A stretch of DNA of 64,000 nucleotides. Origin: Rhodothermia bacterium. GTDB lineage: Bacteria > Bacteroidota > Rhodothermia > Rhodothermales > UBA2364. The notes beneath the pieces are model-generated. The model was given only the letters and a program-made list of their open reading frames with translations, ran no database searches and was not told where the DNA came from. This document shows positions 18,392-26,308 of the stretch, piece after piece. The stretch covers positions 3,708 through 67,707 of the forward strand of contig JAFLBZ010000014.1 of the NCBI GenBank assembly GCA_017303715.1, given 5' to 3'. Numbering within the stretch: the stretch's first letter is position 1; each line of letters starts with the position of its first letter. A program made the translations under genes and the position numbers.

Positions 18392-20290
18392 ATGAATCGG
18401 GAAGAGATATTTGTTGAAAACAAACGGCGGAATACAGAAGCACTGCCGTTGGGAACCATTCTTTGTGGACGCTACGAGGTGGGGCGTGTCTTAGGGCGCG
18501 GCGGTTTTGGCGTTACTTATCTCGCATGGGATCAACGCTATGAGGTTGAGGTGGCCATCAAAGAATTTTTCCCCAGTCCGAACGAAACCGGAATAGACCG
18601 CAAGGTGCAAAATGGACAAATCTTACCGGATTTAGACGTCCCCAATCGGAATATCCGTTTGGAAAATGGCCAAGTGGAACCCTTCTCGCGTCTGTTTGCA
18701 CGGGAAGTGGCAAATTTTCAGGCAGAGGCCAAGAAAATGGTCGGATTCCGGAAAATAGCCAATATCGCAACCGTAATAGACGACTTTACCGCACACAATA
18801 CCGCCTATTATGTGATGGAGTTCTACAAAGGGGAAACCCTGTGGGACGTTTGGGAAAAGGCAGATATGCAGCCTTGGTCTTTAAATAACGTGCTCAAGGT
18901 GTTGTTTCCCATGATAAAGGCACTCGAAAAAGTTCATGCAAAAGGACTGGTACACCGAGACTTTAAGCCACAAAACGTCTTGATTTGCAACGATGAGGAA
19001 GACGAAGTGGTTTTGATTGATTTTGGTCTGGCCAAGGCATTGGGCAATAGTGGCCTGATTAGTACCAAGGGGGAATTGGGAACGCCCTTGTATGCACCCT
19101 ATGAACAGCAAAGCCGGATACACAACCATGGGCCATATAGCGATGTCTATAGTGTTGCAGCCACATTTTACCAACTGTTAACCGGGGAACTGCCCAGTCT
19201 ATCGAAAGACCGCGAAGAATACGGGCGAGCGGGATATACCGACCCAATGGTCTTCCCCGAAAAAGGACTACCCAAGGGGCTAAAAAAAGTCTTGGATAAA
19301 GCCATTGCCATTTATCCAAATGACCGCTACCCAACCATGCAGGCATTTCGTGAAGCCATTGAAAATTGCCTTGGCGCCAGCGAAGAACGCTTTTTGAAGG
19401 ACATCAAAGAAGTGCTTGCCAAACCTATTGCCCCACCAAAGCCTATTGTCCCGCCCGCCAAACCCGCGCCAGAACACCGCCCGCTACAGGCCGGAGACCG
19501 CATGGTACACACCTTGGGTGGCGTAACTTTTGCCTTCCGATATTGCCCACCGACAGCAACACCCTTTATGATGGGGGATGCAACATGGGACGACGCAAAA
19601 CCCCACAAGGTACAACTGACCAAGGGTTTTTGGATGGCCGAGACCCCGATTACACAAGAGCAGTTTGCCATATTTGTACATGAGAAGAAATACCAAACAC
19701 AGGCCGAACGAGAGGGTGGTGCTTGGATATGGAATGGAAGTGAGTTCATTAAAGACCCTAAAGCAGAATGGCGAACGGTATATCCCGGTCCCAAACGCCC
19801 AGTGGTAGCGGTCTCTTGGAACGATGTAAATGCTTTTTGTGACTGGCTCTCGGAGCGATTGGGGGTGGAAGCGGCATTACCCACCGAGGCGCAGTGGGAG
19901 TATGCAGCGCGTGCAGGGGGCAAGGGAATGTATGGGCTTAACCACAAAAAACAAGAAATCACAGAAGCAACTCTCGCAGAAGTGGCTTGGTTTGGAAAAT
20001 CACTTGAAATAGGGACCAACGAGGTTGGGAAACTAAACCCCAATGCGTTTGCCTTGTATGATATGCTGGGCAATGTTTGGGAATGGTGTAGGGATGTATT
20101 TGACTCTGATTTTTATCAAGACAATCAAAAAGATCCTGTAAGTTTAACAAAAAATTCATCTGACCGTGTTGTTCGTGGGGCTTCGTTTAACGACTACTGG
20201 CGATACTTGCGTGTTGGGTTTCGTAGCCTCAGCTTCGATAATTTCAGGAACGATAAGCTCGGATTTCGCCCCCAATACATTAAGATTTGA
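18392..20290 (+). CDS. Ser/Thr protein kinase fused to an FGE-sulfatase (SUMF1-like, C-type-lectin fold) domain; DGR target protein
   Basis: 632 aa. Kinase motifs GRGGFGVTY, VAIKEF, HRDFKPQNVL, DFGLAK. Pro-rich linker KPIAPPKPIVPPAKPAP. FGE-type motifs SWNDVNAFCDWL, LPTEAQWEYAARAG, GNVWEWCRD. No TM segment seen. The last ~45 codons are the VR. Confidence 0.9.
   Translation: MNREEIFVENKRRNTEALPLGTILCGRYEVGRVLGRGGFGVTYLAWDQRYEVEVAIKEFFPSPNETGIDRKVQNGQILPDLDVPNRNIRLENGQVEPFSRLFAREVANFQAEAKKMVGFRKIANIATVIDDFTAHNTAYYVMEFYKGETLWDVWEKADMQPWSLNNVLKVLFPMIKALEKVHAKGLVHRDFKPQNVLICNDEEDEVVLIDFGLAKALGNSGLISTKGELGTPLYAPYEQQSRIHNHGPYSDVYSVAATFYQLLTGELPSLSKDREEYGRAGYTDPMVFPEKGLPKGLKKVLDKAIAIYPNDRYPTMQAFREAIENCLGASEERFLKDIKEVLAKPIAPPKPIVPPAKPAPEHRPLQAGDRMVHTLGGVTFAFRYCPPTATPFMMGDATWDDAKPHKVQLTKGFWMAETPITQEQFAIFVHEKKYQTQAEREGGAWIWNGSEFIKDPKAEWRTVYPGPKRPVVAVSWNDVNAFCDWLSERLGVEAALPTEAQWEYAARAGGKGMYGLNHKKQEITEATLAEVAWFGKSLEIGTNEVGKLNPNAFALYDMLGNVWEWCRDVFDSDFYQDNQKDPVSLTKNSSDRVVRGASFNDYWRYLRVGFRSLSFDNFRNDKLGFRPQYIKI
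20156..20279 (+). repeat. DGR variable repeat (VR)
   Basis: 124 bp collinear with 22116-22239. All mismatches correspond to A in the template copy. The core boundary 20162-20279 is firm. The first 6 bp are less certain. Confidence 0.9.
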
Positions 20291-20300
20291 CAATTTTACT

Positions 20301-20326
20301 TTTTTAAAATTTATAAATTTTAAAAA
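20301..20326. repeat. perfect 26-bp A/T palindrome immediately downstream of the VR and target stop codon
   Basis: tttttaaaatttataaattttaaaaa is its own reverse complement. It lies 11 nt after the stop at 20290. Confidence 0.85.
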
Positions 20327-20357
20327 TTTTTTACATTTTTCCAAATGTTAAATTCTT

Positions 20358-20714
20358 ATGAATCCGAATACTCAACCCGTTGTTATTCTTACGAAGTGGT
20401 ACGACTTTGTGTTTTGGATGACACAGAAGGTGCAGCATTACCCTAAGTCCTATAAATATACGCTGGGAGACCGGATTCAAACGCAAATGTTAGACATCTT
20501 GGAAATGTTTGTTGTTGCCCAATACAATAAGGAACAACGAAAACAAACCCTACGACACATCAATATTGCGATCGAAAGACTGCGATATTTAATTAGGTTG
20601 TCAAAAGACCTTCATTGTTTATCAATGGCACACTATGAGTTTGCCGCAAAGCAAATGTTGGAATTAGGAAAAATGGTTGGAGGTTGGGAAAAGCAATATG
20701 CCACGACAATTTAG
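20358..20714 (+). CDS. avd: Avd-like four-helix-bundle protein (DGR accessory variability determinant)
   Basis: 118 aa. Helical and basic, with the pattern W..F..W......PK..KYTLGDRI......IL typical of the four-helix-bundle/Avd family. Sits between the VR and the RT and overlaps the RT start. Confidence 0.8.
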   Translation: MNPNTQPVVILTKWYDFVFWMTQKVQHYPKSYKYTLGDRIQTQMLDILEMFVVAQYNKEQRKQTLRHINIAIERLRYLIRLSKDLHCLSMAHYEFAAKQMLELGKMVGGWEKQYATTI

Positions 20715-22099
20715 CAATTTGTATCCTGATATATGTACTTTTGAAAATCTATGGAAAGCGTTTCGTTATGCTCGGCGTGGGAAGCGTCATAAGCTCGAAG
20801 TCTCGATGTTTGAGCAAGACTTAGAGCGACATCTTTTCGAGATTCAGGAGGCATTAATCTCGCATAATTTCCATTTTCAAGGTTATCGTTCGTTCATCAT
20901 TACAGATCCTAAGGAGCGAGTTATTTCTGCTGCCCCCTTTCGGGATCGGGTTGTACATCATGCCATTTGCAATGTATTGGCTCCTTTAATGGATATGGCT
21001 CTTTTGGAGAATGTATATGCCTGCCGAACGGGTAAGGGTACCCATTTGGCCATTAAAAAAGCTGTGTCCTAAAAGGATTTTAATGCTTAAACGTGCGTTA
21101 TGGGTTAATGAAGTGGAAGCCTACAAAAGCCATTCCCTGCCTCAAGAGCGTCATGTAAGAACTCATGGGATTGCATAAATTCCGGTTTTACAAGGGTTTG
21201 TTCTACTTTTTAATGAGCGGTAAAGCCCCGTAGGGGTGATATCTTACTAGAAATCGGTTTCCAAATGCACAACAAAGCCCCGTAGGGGTGACATCTTTAC
21301 ATGACGAGGAAAAGCTGGTTGATCGTACCAAAGCCATCAATGTTGGCAGAGTCAGCCGAAATCCGGTGGCTGATCTATCCGACTGATTTTTCTAAGGGTC
21401 GCCCTGCCATTATTGGACAACACATCATACTATAAGATAGAGGCGATCACAATAACGAAGCTGTCTAATAGGTTTTTAGATGATCAGGTAATGGGTTTGA
21501 TCTCGAAGTTATTAGCAACATACCATTCCGATATATCCTACTATTTTCGTTTCCCGCAGGATAATTTGTTTGATGCGGCACGTCCAAGAGGATTGCCCAT
21601 TGGAAACTTAACCAGCCAATGGTTTGCAAATTTTTATCTCAATTCTATTGACCGCTTGATTAAGCAAAAGTTGAAATTACCCGGTTACGTCCGCTATATG
21701 GATGATTTTGTCCTATTTGCGGATTCTAAAGAAGACCTTTTTCATGCACAAGAAGAGGTAAAAAAAGCATTGAGTTTACTTAGGCTCCAACTTAATGATA
21801 AAAAAACGCAGATATTTCCAGTGAAAAATGGATTTCCCTTTTTGGGGCTTTACTTACGGCAAGATCGCCTACGTATTTTAAGAAATAACCTCAAGAGCAT
21901 AAAGCAAAGGCTTAGGCATCAAGCAAAAAAAATGCGAAGAGATCAAAATCTACAGCATGTAACACAATCTCTTCAAGCATGGACTGGATATTATGGACGG
22001 AAGCAGTTTCAATACATCTTCGATGAAATTCTTTCTAAACAGAGTTTTTACCGCGATGATTTAAAACAATGCTTCACCTTCACCTTAACTTATGGCTAA
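20698..22099 (+). pseudogene. DGR reverse transcriptase, reading frame interrupted (two ORF pieces, 20677/20698-21072 and 21413-22099)
   Basis: The N-terminal piece has FENLWKAFRYARRGKR, ISAAPFRDRVVHHAICNVL and ACRTGKGTH. The C-terminal piece has RGLPIGNLTSQWFANFYL (DGR-type motif 4) and YVRYMDDFVLF (YMDD). The pieces are in different frames and are separated by 340 nt containing stop codons and repeat units. Confidence 0.8.
21073..21300 (-). mobile_element. insertion within the RT gene carrying two inverted copies of the dispersed hairpin repeat (MITE-like)
   Basis: aaagccccgtaggggtgatatctt (21222-21245) and aaagccccgtaggggtgacatctt (21274-21297) are reverse complements of the array core aagatg.cacccctacggggcttt. 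The spacer ctagaaatcggtttccaaatg resembles the reverse complement of the array spacer. The RT N-terminal frame reopens at 21292. The exact ends are not determined. Confidence 0.55.
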
Positions 22100-22115
22100 A
22101 GGGATTTACCGATAG

Positions 22116-22239
22116 AAATCTAACCGTGTTGTTCGTGGGGCTTCGTTTAACAACAACAAGCAAAACTTGCGTGTTGGGTATCGTAACAACAACAACGATA
22201 ATAACAGGAACAATAAACTCGGATTTCGCCCCCAATACA
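22116..22239 (+). repeat. DGR template repeat (TR)
   Basis: Non-coding copy of the VR, 17 nt after the RT stop. It is adenine-rich with AAC-type codons in the VR frame (caacaacaagcaaaac, aacaacaacaacgataataac). Homology ends at 22240 (C versus T in the VR). Confidence 0.9.
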
Positions 22240-22337
22240 CAAAACATAAATCTCTCCTAACGGTTTGTGCTATGTGTGGTGTGTGTTTTGTCGCTTACGG
22301 GTTACAAAAGTGAGCCATTGTTGTATAGGTAAATTCC

Positions 22338-22370
22338 TGCTTCGACGAAAGTCGAGGCAAAGTTCTTTTT
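22338..22370 (+). terminator. GAAA-tetraloop hairpin plus T-run downstream of the TR (terminator or DGR RNA 3' structure)
   Basis: tgcttcgac-gaaa-gtcgaggca gives a 9-bp stem with one G-T, followed by aagttcttttt. Confidence 0.5.
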
Positions 22371-22416
22371 GGCCCTTATCCTTCGAGATCGGGGCCATTT
22401 TTTAATCCCCAATCGT

Positions 22417-23322
22417 ATGCCGCAGCAAAACCAAGATCAACGTCCCCAAGTATCTGCCCTTGTGTCTGCCCTTTTGCAAGCAATGGAATCCGGCCAAGAA
22501 GTCTATATTGCCAATCTCAAGGCAGTGGTTCCACATTGTTTTAGGATCCATATGCACCATGAAGCCTACGACCAGATGCGCCCCCACTTCACACATTTTA
22601 AGGTTATTGCGATGCAAGAGCTTGATAAGCGTTTAGAGGCTTTGAAAAAACAAGGCATCGGTGATTTTTGGGCTAAAATATGGCGTTTGATACGGGGTGT
22701 TGTCCTCAAACAGCCTTTACCGAAATTGGAAATCTCGACATTGGGGCGATGGGAAATAGAGGTGATTCAGGCATTTGACCTTGATTTGCCGATGGGGTAT
22801 TTGCGCGTGGAGGCTGGTTTTTCCTCGATTGGTAAGCCCAGCTCCCTTTCCGAATCGGTGTTTATGGGCGCTCAAACCAAAGGATTGTCTTTTATGGTAC
22901 AGGGAGATCAAGCCCTAAAAACGGCTCCCTTGGCTGGCGGCATGGCCGCAACAAGTCCATCACCACAAACCGAAGAAGATGTTTTTGCTACCTTGTCTTG
23001 GATGAACCCAGCCACCCAGTCCGAGCAACAATTTCACATCAAAACGCCCTACTTGGCCATTGGGCGGGAAGGTGCATCGGATGCGGAGTACGCACATCTG
23101 CCCGTCCTCCGGCTTTCGGGTGTTCCTGCGGAAATCTCAAGGGTACATGGCTATTTTCAGTATAAGGCCACAGAAGGCACGTTCCGCTTTAAAAACTTGG
23201 GACTACATGGCACAACCATCCTGCCACCCGCCAGAGAAACGGAGGACGGATGGGCGATTCTTGCCCCTAATTGTAGATTGTGTTTAGGAAATAAGTTGTT
23301 TGTGGATTTTGCTCAACGATGA
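22417..23322 (+). CDS. FhaA-like protein: DUF3662-like N-terminal region plus a C-terminal FHA domain
   Basis: The ORF track starts at 22369 (TTG). The ATG at 22417 (MPQQNQ) is preferred. The N-terminal part has VPHCFRIHMHHEAYDQM, resembling the DUF3662 VPN.F.V.LS..DY motif. The C-terminus has FHA-like YLAIGREGASD...ISRVHGYFQY...FRFKNLGLHGTTI. Confidence 0.65.
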   Translation: MPQQNQDQRPQVSALVSALLQAMESGQEVYIANLKAVVPHCFRIHMHHEAYDQMRPHFTHFKVIAMQELDKRLEALKKQGIGDFWAKIWRLIRGVVLKQPLPKLEISTLGRWEIEVIQAFDLDLPMGYLRVEAGFSSIGKPSSLSESVFMGAQTKGLSFMVQGDQALKTAPLAGGMAATSPSPQTEEDVFATLSWMNPATQSEQQFHIKTPYLAIGREGASDAEYAHLPVLRLSGVPAEISRVHGYFQYKATEGTFRFKNLGLHGTTILPPARETEDGWAILAPNCRLCLGNKLFVDFAQR

Positions 23323-23399
23323 AGGGGGATTTTTGCAGGGTTTTAGGACTTTGTTGGGTTGTGATGAGGTTGGTGGTTGGCTTGGGCTATGCACCGCTT

Positions 23400-23885
23400 A
23401 TTACCCGTCGTAGGAAGATGCCACCCCGCTGGGGCTTTTCTTTGTACCGGGAATGGTTTTCTACGAAGATGCCACCCCTACGGGGCTTTCCTTTTCGTTT
23501 GATGTCGGCTTTCTACGAAGATGTCACCCCTACGGGGCTGGGCTTTGCGTTTGATGTCGGCTTTCTACGAAGATGCCACCCCTACGGGGCTTTTCTTTTC
23601 GTTTGATGTCGGCTTTCTACGAAGATGCCACCCCTACGGGGCTTTTCTTTTCGTTTGATGTCGGCTTTCTACGAAGATGTCGCTCGCTGGGGCTGGGTTG
23701 TGCGTTTGATGTCGGGTTTCTACGAAGATGCCATCTCGCTGGGGCTGTGCTTGGTCATGGCTAAAGCCGGAAGGGGTGGCCGTTGCACACAGCCCCACGC
23801 TGAAGCATGGGGTTAATATGAAGCCGGAGAACAGGGGACAACGTTGCTCGTCTGAATGTGGGCATAAAGCAAGCAAAAACAAATC
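23400..23885 (+). repeat. mosaic hairpin-repeat array B (7 copies of the ~52-bp unit plus the same terminal module)
   Basis: Units start near 23409, 23457, 23510, 23562, 23614, 23666 and 23717. The terminal module catggctaaagccggaaggggtggccgttgcacacagccccacgctgaagcatggggttaatatgaagccggagaacaggggacaacgttgctcgtctgaatgtgg is nearly identical to 17688-17800. Confidence 0.9.
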
Positions 23886-24033
23886 CAAATGCCACATTAA
23901 CGCCGTCCGTTTATATGAAAAGTACATCAGGAAATTAACGGTACAAAGTGTCCCGTAAACCACTCTAATCGGCGGACATACCGATGATGCACATAGTTTT
24001 GAGGAAATTAAATAGGGATTAGGTGATTTTATT

Positions 24034-24067
24034 CAAAAAACAAGGCTCCCCAAAACTTTGAGAAGCC
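24034..24067 (-). terminator. terminator candidate after the VKOR-DsbA gene
   Basis: On the minus strand, ggcttctc / ggggagcc forms a stem (two G-T pairs) followed by ttgttttttg. Confidence 0.4.
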
Positions 24068-24091
24068 CAAATGGTTTGCCTGAAAAAGCCC

Positions 24092-25387
24092 TTATTTTTT
24101 TACAGCTGCACGGCTCAACTCTTCACGGACAATCCGGCGGAGGACATCTAAGTTCCCCCATTGATCCACCAAGCGGCCATTTACGTAAACGGAAGGCGTA
24201 CTGTTAACACCCGCTTCTTTCCCGCGTTCAATATCGGCCTGAACAAGTTGTGTGGTTGCTTGGTTGGACATACACGCATTAAAGGTATTGGCGTCTAAGC
24301 CCAAATTTTGGACTTCTCGTGCAAGGACAGATTCGCCCAAGACTTCTTGGTTGTCGAATAGTGCCTTGTGCATTTCCCAGCCTTTACCTGCATTGGCGGC
24401 ACAGAAGAAGGCTTTGGCTGAGGGGCCAGCAAACGAGTGGATTTGGCTTTGTAGATTGGGGTTGATGGTATTGTCTAAGGGGTAATTCTGAAAGCGGAAA
24501 CTTACATATTTCCCAAATTCGGAGACAATAGACTCAATGCGGTCACGAGCCACCTTGCAGGCAGGGCATTGGAAGTCTGCAAATTCTACAATAGTGACTT
24601 TGGCATCCTTGTTGCCTTTTACCAATGTATTTGGGGCAAAGGAAACAGGGAGCGGTTCTTGTTTAAAGTGTTGTTGAACAGCCCGCAAAACAGCGGCTTC
24701 CGAGTTGGTATCTGCGGCATTTGCTTGCTCTTGTTTCCGTTGGTAATTGCTGAAGTACAAAAACGAAAATCCGTAAACAAATAAGGTGAGTACTATGGGC
24801 GTAACGACTGCGGGTTGATAGGAAAAGTTGGTTGTGTTACGCCGAATTGCACCAAAGAAACCGGAAAAATACGCTCCTAAACCTTCTGTTCTGACGAGGG
24901 AGAGGATCAAAAAGACCAGAATAGCGCCATTTATGACGTACATCCCAATACAAAGTGGGCAAGCAATGCCCATTTGCATCAACTGTGTGGCCTTGAACAT
25001 GGAAAACAACACGGCCAGCAAAGAAAGTATAATGCCCACCACAACAGCCGAAGCGCCTTTTTCCTTTTTGTTGAAAAGGGCGATGATGGTCAGCACCAAA
25101 ATGCTAAAATAGAACGCTGCTCCCCAAGCCGCGACAGGAATGCCCAGCATATAAGCACTTTCTGAAGCATAGACCGGCTCGCAAGTGATCCATTCATTCA
25201 CCGTACACCCCAGTGAGCGCGTCAGACGATTTTCTATTCCGAGGGTGATAAAGGTGGCGTCGAGGGCAACATAAATTCCGGCAACTACCGCTGCAAGTAC
25301 AGCCCAAAGCGCCCAAGCCTTGAGCAGCGGTTCCGTTACGGGGATGCGTTTGTGGCCACCTTGTGTTTTCTGAACTGTTTTTGACAT
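24092..25387 (-). CDS. vitamin K epoxide reductase (VKOR) domain fused to a DsbA/thioredoxin-like domain
   Basis: 431 aa. The N-terminal polytopic region has loop cysteines (CTVNEWITC) and an in-helix CPLC. The C-terminal Trx-fold has FADFQCPACK and the usual GVNSTPSVYVNG. Confidence 0.85.
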   Translation of the reverse strand: MSKTVQKTQGGHKRIPVTEPLLKAWALWAVLAAVVAGIYVALDATFITLGIENRLTRSLGCTVNEWITCEPVYASESAYMLGIPVAAWGAAFYFSILVLTIIALFNKKEKGASAVVVGIILSLLAVLFSMFKATQLMQMGIACPLCIGMYVINGAILVFLILSLVRTEGLGAYFSGFFGAIRRNTTNFSYQPAVVTPIVLTLFVYGFSFLYFSNYQRKQEQANAADTNSEAAVLRAVQQHFKQEPLPVSFAPNTLVKGNKDAKVTIVEFADFQCPACKVARDRIESIVSEFGKYVSFRFQNYPLDNTINPNLQSQIHSFAGPSAKAFFCAANAGKGWEMHKALFDNQEVLGESVLAREVQNLGLDANTFNACMSNQATTQLVQADIERGKEAGVNSTPSVYVNGRLVDQWGNLDVLRRIVREELSRAAVKK

Positions 25388-25549
25388 CGTTCCTTAAAGT
25401 TGATTTGGAAAAAAGTTTTTAAAATTACGCCGTTAATGCGCTCATACCAAATTGAATTCCTTATGGATCGGTGTAAATGTCGGCAACTTTCTTGTATATT
25501 AAAAGGTTACACATGCCAAAAGCGCTAAACCCTTTATCCAAATTTTGAT

Positions 25550-26308
25550 ATGGCAGAAGAACTGAGCATACCTGAACAACTGAAAGCCCTGATCCGCCTA
25601 CAATATATTGATGGACGGATAGACCAAATGCATAAATTACGGGGAGATTTGCCGGATGAAATCCGTGACTTGGAAGACGAACGTGTTGGGCTACAAAGAC
25701 GAATTGATAAATACCAACAAGAAAAGCAAGATGGAGAATTGGAGCGCAAACGGATTCAATTCGACCAGCTTGAGAGCCAGTCGCTGATAGAGCGGTATCA
25801 GAAACAGCAAAACCAGGTGCGTAACAATCGTGAATATGACGCATTGACCAAAGAAATTGAGGTACATCGCCAGCGTATTCAAGAATCTAACTTTAGAATG
25901 GAAACGCTAAAACAACGGGACGAGGCCAATGCCATTGCATTAGAACACGTGCTTGGACGGATGGAGCAGTTGGACAATATGGTTGATGGCAAGAAGGACG
26001 AGCTAAATGCGGTAATGGAAGATACGCGCCATGAGGAAGACGCCCTCTTGGAACGGCGTGCCAGTTTAGAATCTGCGATTGATGCCCGCTATCGAATGGC
26101 ATATAATCGTCTCCGCAGCCGTCTTCGTGATGGACGTGCCGTCATTGCCATCGAAAGAGGTGCTGCCGCTGGTTATGCAGTTCCGACTCAACGACAGGTC
26201 GAGATCCGGCAACGGAATAAAGTCATCGTTTGTGAACACAGTGGCCGGATTATTGTAGATCAAGACCTCTTCCGAGAGACGGTAGAGGAAATGGGCACTG
26301 CCGAATAA
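25550..26308 (+). CDS. COG1579/DUF164-family coiled-coil protein with a degenerate C-terminal zinc ribbon
   Basis: 252 aa. L.AL..LQ.ID..ID and long heptad coiled coils. At the C-terminus, where family members carry C..C...C..C, the sequence reads AAGYAVP...VIVCEHSGRIIV with only one Cys. Confidence 0.65.
   Translation: MAEELSIPEQLKALIRLQYIDGRIDQMHKLRGDLPDEIRDLEDERVGLQRRIDKYQQEKQDGELERKRIQFDQLESQSLIERYQKQQNQVRNNREYDALTKEIEVHRQRIQESNFRMETLKQRDEANAIALEHVLGRMEQLDNMVDGKKDELNAVMEDTRHEEDALLERRASLESAIDARYRMAYNRLRSRLRDGRAVIAIERGAAAGYAVPTQRQVEIRQRNKVIVCEHSGRIIVDQDLFRETVEEMGTAE

Noticed and set aside
19327-20073. 248-aa antisense ORF opposite the FGE domain, and similar long antisense or alternate-frame ORFs (27415..27951, 28781..29548, 35955..36545, 36501..37049, 2791..3225)
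   Set aside because: Each lies wholly inside a strongly supported conserved gene on the other strand or frame. Each has low-complexity, Arg/Pro/Ser-rich composition and no recognisable motif.
20166-20351. ORFs 20166..20351 and 22069..22260 (LFVGLRLTTT...)
   Set aside because: They are alternative-frame readings of the VR and TR themselves. Their similarity to each other reflects the DNA repeat, not a gene family.
21073-21412. The gap in the RT as a self-splicing intron or programmed recoding site
   Set aside because: I recognised no group I or group II core elements. The segment contains two copies of the locally proliferating hairpin repeat, so an insertion is more parsimonious. I cannot exclude this without experiments, so it remains a caveat in the finding.
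20677-22099. The RT as a group II intron, retron or Abi-type RT
   Set aside because: An adjacent Avd-like gene, the IGNLTSQ motif and a VR/TR pair with adenine-only differences all argue for a DGR. I saw no intron domain V/VI-like RNA, no maturase/En domains and no msr/msd-like inverted repeats.
1109-23322. A functional link between the Kgd-type ODH and the STK/FHA pair (by analogy to PknG-GarA/OdhI control of Kgd/OdhA in actinobacteria)
   Set aside because: It is tempting, but the genes are about 13 kb apart with unrelated genes between them. The FHA protein here has FhaA-like rather than GarA-like architecture, and nothing in the sequence connects them.
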